DNA of 47,305 bases from a virus (IMGVR_UViG_3300032216_001609:1-47305), one strand, 5' to 3'; positions 19,599-29,433 are shown, counted from the first letter of the stretch. Made by a program: numbers and translations. Notes: a model not told the origin generated them from the letters alone.

Positions 19599-20822
19599 TT
19601 ACTTCTCTTCTATAGCTTTTACTCTCGCTGTAAGTTCTTGTACCGCTTTAATTAATGGCGATATAAACTCTTCATATCTGAGCGCTTGTGTGGAGTCTTC
19701 TTGTTCAACCCATCCGCCAAAATCTTCAATGCCAGCATCATCTAAAGCTTTTTTAACTTCTTGTGCAATTAAACCATAGTGTGTTCTTGATCCAGCAATT
19801 GGGGTTTTTATTTCATTGCCATCTTCATCTGTGGTGTAATTAATTCCGCCCACGTTATACTTATAGCTTACTGGGTTTAAAGCATTAATAAAATCAAGTC
19901 CTAAATTAGATTTAGCAATTGTATTTTTTAAATTTTTATCTGACGATACAATTGTTGATGTTTGTATATACATATTTCCCGATGCTATAACTGAAGCTGT
20001 ATATATTGTTCCGTTTGAATAAATATTTTTCCAATAACGAGCTGATCCGCTTGTTGCATCTTTTCCTAAATTATATAAGCCAGTTGAAAGTGGGTACCAA
20101 TCTGAGTTAACTCCAGTTGAAGATGTATTTGGAATGGCTAAAGAAATTCGTGTAGATATTGGATCTAAGGATGGTGTCGCACCCGCTGGTCCTTGTGATC
20201 CAGTTGCGCCAGCTGCTCCAGCTACTCCATCAGCACCTCTTGGGATAACAAAATCTAATTTTACTGCTGAGGATGTTCCTGAATTTGTTACGTTTGCGCT
20301 AGTTCCTGCTGCACCTGTTGTAGTTGAATTTACTTGAATTGTTGCTGCAGCATCACCCTTTGGGCCTGTTGCTCCAGTAGATCCGACAGACCCAGTTGGT
20401 CCAACTATTGATGTTCCCGCTGGCCAAGCTCCAGATGACTTCGGTCCAAAAATAGTTTTTGATGTTGTATTAATATAAAAATCACCATTTGATCCTATTG
20501 AAGAAAATGGATCTATAGTTCCATTTAATACGCTGTTTCCGCCCAAACTTGTTCCTGCACCCCAAGCTCCGCTAGTCTTTGGTCCAAAAATAGCATGGCT
20601 AGTTGTATTGATATAAAAATCACCATCAACTCCCGTTGATGTTATTGGATCAGATGTGCCATTTAATATACTATAGCCCCTTGGTCCTGTTGCTCCTTGT
20701 GGGCCTGGGTTTGCAGCAATAAATGCAGCTATATCATTGCCCAAATACCCAAGATCTCTTGGGACATCTGGAGAGTCTGTATAGCTTGGGAAACGCCATC
20801 CGTTAACACCTGTTGTACTCAT
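19599..20822 (-). CDS. Tail fibre-like protein with collagen-like triplets and a C-terminal peptidase S74 intramolecular chaperone
   Basis: Gly-X-Y runs; two GDFYINTT..IFGPK repeats; SSDKNLK...LNPVSY...GLIAQEV...LIKAVQEL. Confidence 0.85.
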   Translation of the reverse strand: MSTTGVNGWRFPSYTDSPDVPRDLGYLGNDIAAFIAANPGPQGATGPRGYSILNGTSDPITSTGVDGDFYINTTSHAIFGPKTSGAWGAGTSLGGNSVLNGTIDPFSSIGSNGDFYINTTSKTIFGPKSSGAWPAGTSIVGPTGSVGSTGATGPKGDAAATIQVNSTTTGAAGTSANVTNSGTSSAVKLDFVIPRGADGVAGAAGATGSQGPAGATPSLDPISTRISLAIPNTSSTGVNSDWYPLSTGLYNLGKDATSGSARYWKNIYSNGTIYTASVIASGNMYIQTSTIVSSDKNLKNTIAKSNLGLDFINALNPVSYKYNVGGINYTTDEDGNEIKTPIAGSRTHYGLIAQEVKKALDDAGIEDFGGWVEQEDSTQALRYEEFISPLIKAVQELTARVKAIEEK

Positions 20823-20828
20823 TTTTTA

Positions 20829-20837
20829 ATTATACCA
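20829..20837 (-). promoter_or_regulatory. Extended -10 promoter, leaderless
   Basis: TGGTATAAT, then 6 nt to the ATG at 20822. Confidence 0.65.
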
Positions 20838-20841
20838 CCTA

Positions 20842-21453
20842 TTAATTTAATTTACTTGACCTAAACATAAAGTTTGGACACATGTATTTATTGCCACTAA
20901 TTATTGTACTTGATGCGTGATAATATGGTTTTGTTGAGGGGAAAATTAATAAGCTCCCAGGCTCTGGTTTTAGCCTGATCCCTTGTTGGGGAAATTCAAC
21001 TTCTCCACCTTCAAAATCATCATTTAAATATAATACCATTGAAGCTGTAAGTCTAGATTCATCATCATTATCTTCGCAATCTATATGTGGGCCCATTTGT
21101 CCGCCTGGATTATATTTTCTAATTGTGATTTCATTTGGCAAATATCCAAGATCCATGTCAACGTGCTTGGAGTAATCTTCTACACACATATTAAAAATAT
21201 CATCTATTGTTGATAAAATTAAAGCAGATTCTTTTTCTTCTTCAGAAACAAAAGAAAATTTAGCTGGACCAGTTTTAAATTGTCCAAATACGTCGTCTGG
21301 CCTAGTACTAGATACCCAAGGTTGCCAAGAAGATAAAAGTAGCGGGTGTGCTATTTTAATATCTAAATCTTCTATTTTTTTAACAAAAGCTTTTGGGTTT
21401 GCAATTAAACTTTTGTAATAAAAAATTTTATGATCTAAAATTTCTTTAATCAT
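20842..21453 (-). CDS. 2OG-Fe(II) oxygenase, prolyl 4-hydroxylase-like
   Basis: HID...YLNDDFEGGE...H...KY. Confidence 0.88.
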   Translation of the reverse strand: MIKEILDHKIFYYKSLIANPKAFVKKIEDLDIKIAHPLLLSSWQPWVSSTRPDDVFGQFKTGPAKFSFVSEEEKESALILSTIDDIFNMCVEDYSKHVDMDLGYLPNEITIRKYNPGGQMGPHIDCEDNDDESRLTASMVLYLNDDFEGGEVEFPQQGIRLKPEPGSLLIFPSTKPYYHASSTIISGNKYMCPNFMFRSSKLN

Positions 21454-22148
21454 TCTCTTCCTTTTGGCATAACTGGCTTGCCTTCAGGGGTTGCCCATTT
21501 TTTATAAAGCTCTTCTTGCTCTGCTCTAACTTGTTTTAATTCATCTGCCCAAGCTTGTTTTTGCTCTTCTGTATATTCACATCTAGCATCATCCCAAAAA
21601 GAACCGATAGTATATCTTATTCCACCCTTGACTGTTGTTACCATGTGTTCTCTCTGATGCCCTCCAGCAAAGAATGCACCAAGACCGATTTCAGGTTTAA
21701 TTTCTATGCTGCCATCTTTAAACTTTAAATGTCCGCCTTCAAAGTCATTATTTAAATAAATAAAAACTGCATATTTACTTTTTTCAAAAGCTGTTGGATT
21801 TCCATGCTCATCAGAATTATCTGAATGGTAATCTGCAAATGCACCTTCAATCCATCTTTGTGCATGGTAACTGACTTCATTAACCTCAAACCCTAAAAGT
21901 TCTTCTGTTTTACTTTTAATTTTTTCTTTAAGCTGATTAAAATAATCTTCTGGTAATCCAAATTTTAATAGATTAACATCAGATGGCCAGTAGCCCATTG
22001 CTTGAGATCCATAAAAAGAAATTTCATTCCATTTTAAAATTTTATTATCAACTAAAAAATCAAAATAATTAATAATTGATTTGCAAGTTTGTTCGTCAAT
22101 AAAATTTTCTACAATAAAAAATTCATCTCTAATTTTGGGCAATGTCAT
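21450..22148 (-). CDS. 2OG-Fe(II) oxygenase, prolyl 4-hydroxylase-like
   Basis: HSD...YLNNDFEGG...EH...RYT. Confidence 0.88.
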   Translation of the reverse strand: MTLPKIRDEFFIVENFIDEQTCKSIINYFDFLVDNKILKWNEISFYGSQAMGYWPSDVNLLKFGLPEDYFNQLKEKIKSKTEELLGFEVNEVSYHAQRWIEGAFADYHSDNSDEHGNPTAFEKSKYAVFIYLNNDFEGGHLKFKDGSIEIKPEIGLGAFFAGGHQREHMVTTVKGGIRYTIGSFWDDARCEYTEEQKQAWADELKQVRAEQEELYKKWATPEGKPVMPKGRE

Positions 22149-22933
22149 GACTGATACCCTAAATTCTTTCTGTCAGCATATTTCATATTTCTAGGATTTT
22201 CTTTTTCAATTCTGTCCCATTCCATTTTTGACCATCTATATGCACCGTGATGCATCTGATTACTTAACCACTCTTGACTTCCTGGATAAAAATGCTGAAT
22301 AAAGTTTCTAATAAAAAACTTTTCTCCATTGCGAATTGTTCTGACTCCATGAAAATATGGATCTCCTGAAGGGAATACCAATATATCTCCAGCTTTGGGT
22401 TTGTATGGGAAAAATTCATCTCCCACCCAAAACTCAATGTCTCCGCCCTCGTAATCATCGTTTATATATGTAGTGCATGTTAAAAAGAACTTTGGTCCTG
22501 GCATATCTCTTTCTGAAATAATATAATCGGTATGATATTGCATAGTTAATTCGTTACCCATTGTATTAATATTTGAATTATATTTTGAAAAAGATGATGT
22601 CATTAGCTTAGAAGTAGGTGGCAATGTTACATTATATGTATTTATGTAATCTTCAATTGCAGTATTATATGCCTCATAAACTCTATCGGACAAATGTTTT
22701 TCTTCATCATACATTGGACCCAATTCTCGTGGTTCATTTGGATCATGCTTTTGCTGAGAGTAAGTTCCAAAGATTGACCACTCATCCCATTTTCTTAAAT
22801 AGTATTTACCATCAGAAGTTTTTTCTGATCTGTTCATAATGTCATAAAGATTATCTGCATCTGGGAGAAGCCCCTGATAAATCCTAACATTTGGCAATAA
22901 TTCAAAAGATGTATATTCGTAATTATTTGTCAT
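22145..22933 (-). CDS. 2OG-Fe(II) oxygenase, prolyl 4-hydroxylase-like
   Basis: HTD...YINDDYEGG...FHGV...KFF. Confidence 0.88.
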   Translation of the reverse strand: MTNNYEYTSFELLPNVRIYQGLLPDADNLYDIMNRSEKTSDGKYYLRKWDEWSIFGTYSQQKHDPNEPRELGPMYDEEKHLSDRVYEAYNTAIEDYINTYNVTLPPTSKLMTSSFSKYNSNINTMGNELTMQYHTDYIISERDMPGPKFFLTCTTYINDDYEGGDIEFWVGDEFFPYKPKAGDILVFPSGDPYFHGVRTIRNGEKFFIRNFIQHFYPGSQEWLSNQMHHGAYRWSKMEWDRIEKENPRNMKYADRKNLGYQS

Positions 22934-23603
22934 TTTGATCTAACCCTAATTGTGTAATTGTCCAAAAGAAGGGAGCAGTATATCTAGTCCCGCTTGTTAC
23001 TTTAGTTACCCCATGAATATAATTTTTATCCCCTGGGAAAAAATATGCAGCTCTAGGTTTTGGCTTAAACTTTATGTTTTGCAATGGAAAGAATAATTCT
23101 CCGCCTTCATAATCATCATTTAAATAAAATACAGTTCCAATGTCATACCAAGGGAATTCATTTGGTGTTCCTGCATCTGGGCCTTCGTGAAGTTCTTTGT
23201 CTGCATGTGGGAATTGCATTGCTCCGACAGGCCACCTTACAATAGCAGCATCAGTCGGACTAACCTTAACGTTAAATTTTTCTTCTATAATAGGAGTCAT
23301 TCTTTCAATAACAAGTCTTAAAATTTCAATAACTTTGCCTGTTGGATCTGCTTTTAATAAAGTATCTTTTGTTGCAACACGATCTTCCCAAACCCTGTGA
23401 TCATAAATTATATTTCCATTTTCATTCCATTGGGATTCTGTAATATCCCAAATTGTATTATTTTTGGCAAAAGTCAATAGGTAATGTTGTTCTTCTGGTG
23501 TCACCATATCTTCAAGCTCAACAACATTTTCTGAACCATTTCCAAAATAACCTGATGGAGTTATGGTTTCTCTTGCGTATCTAGCTCTTTTTGTTGGTTC
23601 CAT
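22923..23603 (-). CDS. 2OG-Fe(II) oxygenase, prolyl 4-hydroxylase-like
   Basis: HAD...YLNDDYEGGEL...IHGV...RYT. Confidence 0.88.
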   Translation of the reverse strand: MEPTKRARYARETITPSGYFGNGSENVVELEDMVTPEEQHYLLTFAKNNTIWDITESQWNENGNIIYDHRVWEDRVATKDTLLKADPTGKVIEILRLVIERMTPIIEEKFNVKVSPTDAAIVRWPVGAMQFPHADKELHEGPDAGTPNEFPWYDIGTVFYLNDDYEGGELFFPLQNIKFKPKPRAAYFFPGDKNYIHGVTKVTSGTRYTAPFFWTITQLGLDQNDK

Positions 23604-23610
23604 TTTTTAC

Positions 23611-24339
23611 CTATTCATATTTCTTAAGAGATCTGACGGTCTGCTTATATGCCCCGCCATCTTTAGTTCTAAACTTTTTTGCTTGTGCGTCATGCCTTGC
23701 TTGTAAAGCAGGCATACTATAAAACTTTGTTTCCATTTTCCAGTCTTCTCTTTTATATGGGATTAACTGAAGATAGGGTGTTCCTTTGGGGATCTTTCCT
23801 TCAAATCCATCTTTTATAAAAAATGGTATTAAGCCTGGAGTATCCATCTTGTCATTATCTATTATAGCAGAGGTAGTAATAAATGGTAAATCAAATCTAT
23901 TAATTGGATGAATGTACATAACACTATATCCTTCAGGAACAGATGGCGCCCAATTTGGATACCAGTGAAAGTGACTGCTTCTATAACCATGCGGTACAGG
24001 GAATTCATTCATTGGAGCACGAGCTCCTACAAAATCTTCAAATCCAGGTTCTGCTTTTACAAATAGCTCACCGTTATCTGATTTAGTAAAGGTAATGTCA
24101 CAGGGAGTAGTATAAAAATAACCCGTAATAAAAATATCCAGCAGTCCTGGACAAGATTTAAAACTTCTTACAAATCCGCCTTCGGCATTAGGCCAGTACT
24201 CTCCCGTTTGTTTATTAACTTCAAATTTATCTGCTTTTTTAAACCATTCAGGAGTTACATTTTTTGCAGCTTGAGGGTGGTAGTCTTCGCTAATTATATT
24301 GTAAAGTCTATTAGAATGAAAAGTAATTTTATTTGACAT
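23611..24339 (-). CDS. DUF6065-like / dUTPase-fold-like protein
   Basis: PEWFK, KSCPGLLD, HPINRFDLPF, AIIDND and IPKGTPYLQLIP; paralog of 28015..28740. Confidence 0.5.
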   Translation of the reverse strand: MSNKITFHSNRLYNIISEDYHPQAAKNVTPEWFKKADKFEVNKQTGEYWPNAEGGFVRSFKSCPGLLDIFITGYFYTTPCDITFTKSDNGELFVKAEPGFEDFVGARAPMNEFPVPHGYRSSHFHWYPNWAPSVPEGYSVMYIHPINRFDLPFITTSAIIDNDKMDTPGLIPFFIKDGFEGKIPKGTPYLQLIPYKREDWKMETKFYSMPALQARHDAQAKKFRTKDGGAYKQTVRSLKKYE

Positions 24340-25027
24340 TTGTTTTTAGCCTCAATGTTTTTAATTCATGAGACCCTATTTTGTTGCCCCTATGATCTGT
24401 TGCATTTCTATAAAATCCCGCCCATTTTCCTTCTGCATTTAATTTGTCAATAGTAATTCCATATGCTCTTCCATCAAATTTAGTTCCTATATAATTTGAA
24501 CCATCGTATATGTCGACTTCAAATTCATTTAGTTTAGATAAAGATATTGGGATGATAGTTGCAACAGGTGTGCCTGCTGGTATTGTTATAACTTTATTTG
24601 CTTCCGTAATTTTCCAAACTACTGGTATTTCTCCTGAGAAAAAAGATGTGCTTAGTACTGTTGTAAAAGCTTGTCCGCCTGGAATAAAAAAATTAGGGGC
24701 TGGCATAATTAAAGTAGTAACATCTTCTTCGGTTTTAAAAGTAAGTCCAGTGACAAAACTAATAGTTCCGTTTGATCTATTTGAATTACAATATGTTTCT
24801 CCAGATAATATTTTTACGTGATTTGGATTGCTATCTGATATCCCATCCCAAATAAACTGTATATCTTCTGGGAAAGATATGCCCCAGCCTAAAGTATTTG
24901 AAAGGCTTACTGGGAAACAGTTATAGGCATGTCTATTTGCTGTTTGTTCCATCCAGTCTCTTTTTACTGATATTTGCTCTATCTTGGCTGGATTTTGACC
25001 AGTAATGAAGGCTTGTATTTTATGCAT
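24329..25027 (-). CDS. DUF6065-like protein
   Basis: RDWMEQTANRHAYNCFPVSLSNTLGW matches my recollection of the DUF6065 N-terminal motif; IPAGTPVATIIP. Confidence 0.55.
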   Translation of the reverse strand: MHKIQAFITGQNPAKIEQISVKRDWMEQTANRHAYNCFPVSLSNTLGWGISFPEDIQFIWDGISDSNPNHVKILSGETYCNSNRSNGTISFVTGLTFKTEEDVTTLIMPAPNFFIPGGQAFTTVLSTSFFSGEIPVVWKITEANKVITIPAGTPVATIIPISLSKLNEFEVDIYDGSNYIGTKFDGRAYGITIDKLNAEGKWAGFYRNATDHRGNKIGSHELKTLRLKTNVK

Positions 25028-25718
25028 AACCCTCAGTGTACCTTTTTTCTATCTCTCTGTAATCTGGAGTATGTGGTGCTTCTAAATAGTCAAGCATTGT
25101 TACTATTGAATACTTTGTTCCTTTTGTTACTGGCAATGATGCGTGAGAAAATAAATAAGTTGAAGGGAATAGATATAGATCCCCTGCTTTTGGTTTAATT
25201 TTTAAATTAAATTTATCAAAAAACAACTCCCCTCCTTCATAGTCATCATTAATATAGCCTACTGAGGAAAGTACGCAAATATAAGAATAGCCGTGATCTG
25301 AGTGCACTTGAAAATGTTGACCTGGACCATATTTAACAAAATTAAAAGATTCCCAATACTTTAAAGGAGCAACATTAAATTTTTGTCTATAATCTTCAAC
25401 TGGACCAAGCTGAGCTTCTTTTGAGTCTTCCCATATTTTTTCTAATTTGATTTGATCTGGACTCTTATTGGAATCATCTGGGTTATTTTTTTTAATTTTA
25501 AAATCAAAGGCATCTCTGTATTTTAGGTCATTATTAGCATACCCAGTTGTAGCCTGCTTCCATTTATAGGTAGCATGTGGTGCATCTGAATATCCGACGC
25601 CTTCAGCATTGGGATCTAAAGATAAACACTCTTCTAATCTATTAATTAAATTCATATCTTCAGTAAATGTGTTTCTATAAACTAACACACCTGGGGCTAA
25701 AATTTCTGGCTGATTCAT
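25020..25718 (-). CDS. 2OG-Fe(II) oxygenase, prolyl 4-hydroxylase-like
   Basis: HSDHGYSY...YINDDYEGGE...SH...KYS; close paralog of 28744..29433. Confidence 0.88.
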   Translation of the reverse strand: MNQPEILAPGVLVYRNTFTEDMNLINRLEECLSLDPNAEGVGYSDAPHATYKWKQATTGYANNDLKYRDAFDFKIKKNNPDDSNKSPDQIKLEKIWEDSKEAQLGPVEDYRQKFNVAPLKYWESFNFVKYGPGQHFQVHSDHGYSYICVLSSVGYINDDYEGGELFFDKFNLKIKPKAGDLYLFPSTYLFSHASLPVTKGTKYSIVTMLDYLEAPHTPDYREIEKRYTEGYA

Positions 25719-25755
25719 TTATTCTCCTGTTTTCATTATATCTAAAATATTATTT

Positions 25756-26505
25756 TTAGTCAACTAATTTTTCATATGGAAATTTATTTTTAAAATGATC
25801 TATTGCTACACGACTTGATTTGTACATATCTTTAGTCCAAAATGTAGTATGCGTATATCTTGTTCCGCTTTGTATTTGCTTTATGCCATGCATATTTTCT
25901 ATGCTGCCACTAAAAACAAGAAGCATGCCAGTTTCTGGCTTTATACTAAAATCATGTTGTGGAAAAAATAATTCTCCACCTTGAAAATCATCATTTAAGT
26001 ATAGCATTGATGTATAAAGTTTATTTGTAAATAATCTTTTATATTCAGCAATATTATTTTTATCAAAAAAATATTTACATTCTTCTGGAACTTCATCTAT
26101 ATTTATTGAGGTTTCATCAAAATTGGGATCAATAAAATCTACATGCGGTTCTTGTACATTTGGGTATTGCCATTTAACAATTTCCCACAATTCACTATAT
26201 ATATTAAAATCAGGATTAAAAAAGTCTAAAACCTGCTCTTTCATTTTATTTTGAATTGGAACAACTTTTTTAAATAGATCGATATATTTTTCTATGCCTT
26301 CTTCATACAATGCATTTATTTCAATTCTTCTGTTATCCCAATGTCTAGAGTGAGAGAGGTATTCTTCTTCTGATTTAAACATAGACCTAGATCTATTCGC
26401 TTTAGGCCAAAGGTTGCTACTATTTGCATAATCAATTAGCCATTTACATTCTTCTTCAGAAATAAAATTTTTAATTATTCTAACTTTGGGGTTTATGTTA
26501 TCCAT
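25756..26505 (-). CDS. 2OG-Fe(II) oxygenase, prolyl 4-hydroxylase-like
   Basis: HVD...YLNDDFQGGEL...MHGI...RYT. Confidence 0.88.
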   Translation of the reverse strand: MDNINPKVRIIKNFISEEECKWLIDYANSSNLWPKANRSRSMFKSEEEYLSHSRHWDNRRIEINALYEEGIEKYIDLFKKVVPIQNKMKEQVLDFFNPDFNIYSELWEIVKWQYPNVQEPHVDFIDPNFDETSINIDEVPEECKYFFDKNNIAEYKRLFTNKLYTSMLYLNDDFQGGELFFPQHDFSIKPETGMLLVFSGSIENMHGIKQIQSGTRYTHTTFWTKDMYKSSRVAIDHFKNKFPYEKLVD

Positions 26506-26980
26506 TTGTTTTCCTTAAAAATGTTGTTAGGGTATATCTTTCTCCTGAAAGCAACGGCAGTACTTCATGTGTATACCTTTCATCTCCTGGGTGAATAATT
26601 AAATCCCCAGCTTTTGGTTTATAGATATAATTTAAGTTTGGATAAAATAATTCACCACCCTCAAAATTATCGTTTAAATATATAATAACGCCATATTCTG
26701 TTCCTTTACCAGACTCACCGTCGTAATGTCTATGCCAAGTTGTTTCTGGTGTAGTTTTATTAATATGTCTTATCATTTGAACATAAAGCTTATTTTCAAA
26801 AATTAAATTTATTTTTTTAACAATGCTTTTAATTATATCGTGTTTATTAGAATTTGTAATATAAACTTTTACAAGCTCATCTCTGCGTTTCCATTGTGTA
26901 TTTTTATCTAAATACTCTGACATAAAAGAATTAAGTTCTGCATCAGATAAAAAATTATTAATTATTTTAATGTTTTCCAT
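26498..26980 (-). CDS. 2OG-Fe(II) oxygenase, prolyl 4-hydroxylase-like
   Basis: HYD...YLNDNFEGGEL...THEV...RYT; start placed at ATG 26980 (TAATG overlap). Confidence 0.85.
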   Translation of the reverse strand: MENIKIINNFLSDAELNSFMSEYLDKNTQWKRRDELVKVYITNSNKHDIIKSIVKKINLIFENKLYVQMIRHINKTTPETTWHRHYDGESGKGTEYGVIIYLNDNFEGGELFYPNLNYIYKPKAGDLIIHPGDERYTHEVLPLLSGERYTLTTFLRKTNG

Positions 26981-27543
26981 TATCTTAGCCAACTTGCTAT
27001 CGCATATCTAATTCCACTCGTAACTGGAAGTACTCTATGAGTATAAACATAAGATGATGGGAATATTATAAGGTCGCCCGCCTCTGGTTTGTATAAAATA
27101 TTAAATCTTGTAAATTCAATTTCTCCTCCTTCATAATTGTCATTAATATAATAAACAATTGAAGTTCTTCTAAAAGTTCCTCCACCATCATCTGAATGAG
27201 AACTAAAGTGAGCATCTTTACCATACTTTAATATTTTAAATGGTTGATGAGATTTTAAATCTATTTGATGTTCAAAAAAATAATCTTGTTCTGCGTCAAA
27301 TATAGAAGATGAAATTATTTTAGATATATTTTTAATTTCTTCTTTATCTGCAGCTTTAGGGCTAGATGGTATTTCAATAGAAAGAGTGTCTCTAGCTTCT
27401 TTGTTTATATTTACAATTCCGTCAACTTGTTGAACATATTCTTCTCCCCAATCTTCATCTTTTAAATTATATACAAAATCTGTTATATCAACATTAATAT
27501 TTTTATATACAAAAATTCCTGGTGCCAGAAATATTTTATTCAT
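26980..27543 (-). CDS. 2OG-Fe(II) oxygenase, prolyl 4-hydroxylase-like
   Basis: HSD...YINDNYEGGE...THRV...RYA; start placed at ATG 27543 (MNKIFLAPG), overlapping the upstream stop. Confidence 0.86.
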   Translation of the reverse strand: MNKIFLAPGIFVYKNINVDITDFVYNLKDEDWGEEYVQQVDGIVNINKEARDTLSIEIPSSPKAADKEEIKNISKIISSSIFDAEQDYFFEHQIDLKSHQPFKILKYGKDAHFSSHSDDGGGTFRRTSIVYYINDNYEGGEIEFTRFNILYKPEAGDLIIFPSSYVYTHRVLPVTSGIRYAIASWLR

Positions 27544-28018
27544 ACGACATCCTATGATAGGGCCTTCTAAACCACTTAGGAACATCTAGATTAATTTCAT
27601 TGGCCCAAAGTATGCCAAAAGCATATGTTGTATCTTCTAAATCATATTCAAACTGATCTTTATTATCAGCAACTATTGTTTTATTCATAAATTTACCATT
27701 TAAGAATGTAATGGTTTGATATTTAATTGGATCAGAAATGCTATAAGAGTTTAATTTATTATTAAGTTTTATAATTTGAAAATTGCTTGGAAAAATTTTT
27801 TCTATATTTCCATATTTACTATATAAAACAGATTGAACTTGCAATCCAGTTTCTTCCACAATTCTTGCAGATGTTCTATGGAATTTATACATAAGCTCTC
27901 CATCAATTCTATCTTCTGACCAAATTTTAATTTGTTTAGATTTATCCCAGGTATTTAGGTTCAACAAAACTTCTTGATATGTTTTTAGCATATCTTCATT
28001 TATTGGAGTATCTATCAT
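27536..28018 (-). CDS. Hypothetical protein, possibly a degenerate oxygenase paralog
   Basis: 160 aa, translationally coupled on both sides; KYQTITFLN and TYAFGILW echo oxygenase strands, but there is no HxD...H. Confidence 0.5.
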   Translation of the reverse strand: MIDTPINEDMLKTYQEVLLNLNTWDKSKQIKIWSEDRIDGELMYKFHRTSARIVEETGLQVQSVLYSKYGNIEKIFPSNFQIIKLNNKLNSYSISDPIKYQTITFLNGKFMNKTIVADNKDQFEYDLEDTTYAFGILWANEINLDVPKWFRRPYHRMSYE

Positions 28019-28740
28019 AGGTATTCTTTTCTGTGCCAGAGGGTATCTTTGTAAACCCCGCCATTTGGCACTCTAAATTTTTTATAGTTTAATTTAATTC
28101 TATCATAGATCTCGCCTGCTTTATCTATTTTAAAATCTGATTTCCAATTTTCTCTTTTAAATGGAAGGATTTGAACATATGGTGTGCCTGCTGGAATTGT
28201 TCCTTCCCAATCATTTATTAAAAAAAACGGCAAAGAGCCTGGAAGGCTAACTTCATCAGTATCTATAATTCCTGTAGTATTTATAAAGGGAAGATCAAAT
28301 CTATTTGCTGGAGTCATATAAAAAGTACTATAGCCTTTTGGAGTTTGTATTCCCCAATCTCCTACCCAAGCAAATGAATATCTGTAATATCCTATTGGAG
28401 ATTTAAATTCATTTAAGGGGTCTCTTCTAACGCAAAAATCATTATACCTTGTATCTTCAATCTTAACTTGAATTTCATTATTATCGTCTTTATAAAATTT
28501 AATATCACATGGAGTTTTTAATACATATCCAGACATAAATGTATCAAGCAAGGCTGGGCATGCTTTCCAAGTTGGAATTTTGCCGCCTGTTTCTAGCTCG
28601 TAATATTTACCATTTTCATCAATAGCAAATCTATTAGCATCTTTATACCATTTAGGTATATTTTTTGAAGTGCTATCGGGCTTATTAATACTATCTTTAT
28701 TTAACCAATGTCTGTTTGATATAAAAGTAATTATATTCAT
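28015..28740 (-). CDS. DUF6065-like / dUTPase-fold-like protein
   Basis: PKWYK, KACPALLD, PANRFDLPF, TGIIDTD and IPAGTPYVQILP. Confidence 0.5.
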   Translation of the reverse strand: MNIITFISNRHWLNKDSINKPDSTSKNIPKWYKDANRFAIDENGKYYELETGGKIPTWKACPALLDTFMSGYVLKTPCDIKFYKDDNNEIQVKIEDTRYNDFCVRRDPLNEFKSPIGYYRYSFAWVGDWGIQTPKGYSTFYMTPANRFDLPFINTTGIIDTDEVSLPGSLPFFLINDWEGTIPAGTPYVQILPFKRENWKSDFKIDKAGEIYDRIKLNYKKFRVPNGGVYKDTLWHRKEYL

Positions 28741-28743
28741 ATA

Positions 28744-29433
28744 CTACTTTTCTTTACTAAAAGTGTTACCTACAACATGCCCTCTGTCAGTATAATCAAG
28801 CATTGTTACTAAAGAATACTTTATTCCGTCTTCTACTGGCATTGCTCTATGAGGATACATAAAGTTAGATGGAAATATCAATAGATCTCCAGCATCTGGT
28901 TTAATTGTAACTTCTTGTCTACTAAAGAATATCTCTCCGCCCAAATAATTATCATTAAGGTACCCTACAAGGGAAACTGTAGCATTGTATGAATATCCGT
29001 GATCTGTATGTTCTTGAAAGTGTTGGCCTTTGCCATATTTAACAAAGTTCATAACTTCCCAATATTCTAGCTCTGACAAATTATAATTAAAGCAATAGTC
29101 TTTTACTGCTTCATTCATTACATCATAGCAATCCTGCCAAACTTCTTTTAACTCTAAAGTACCTGGATCTGTTCTATGTAAATCACTTTTTCTAAACTTA
29201 AAATCTACACAATCTCTATAGTCTAATTTTTTAAATCCATACCCTACTGTTGCTTCTCTCCATTTATGTGGATTTGAAGTATCAGATATAGACGTTTCAA
29301 GTCTATCAATAATATTAATATTAGTATTTAAAACATTTTTATAAACTACTATACCTGGAGCGATTTCGTATTTATCGCTCCAGGTTTTAGTAATCTGTGT
29401 TGGATCAATTAACTTTGGTCCAGCGCTTGACAT
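28744..29433 (-). CDS. 2OG-Fe(II) oxygenase, prolyl 4-hydroxylase-like
   Basis: HTDHGYSY...YLNDNYLGGE...PH...KYS. Confidence 0.88.
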   Translation of the reverse strand: MSSAGPKLIDPTQITKTWSDKYEIAPGIVVYKNVLNTNINIIDRLETSISDTSNPHKWREATVGYGFKKLDYRDCVDFKFRKSDLHRTDPGTLELKEVWQDCYDVMNEAVKDYCFNYNLSELEYWEVMNFVKYGKGQHFQEHTDHGYSYNATVSLVGYLNDNYLGGEIFFSRQEVTIKPDAGDLLIFPSNFMYPHRAMPVEDGIKYSLVTMLDYTDRGHVVGNTFSKEK

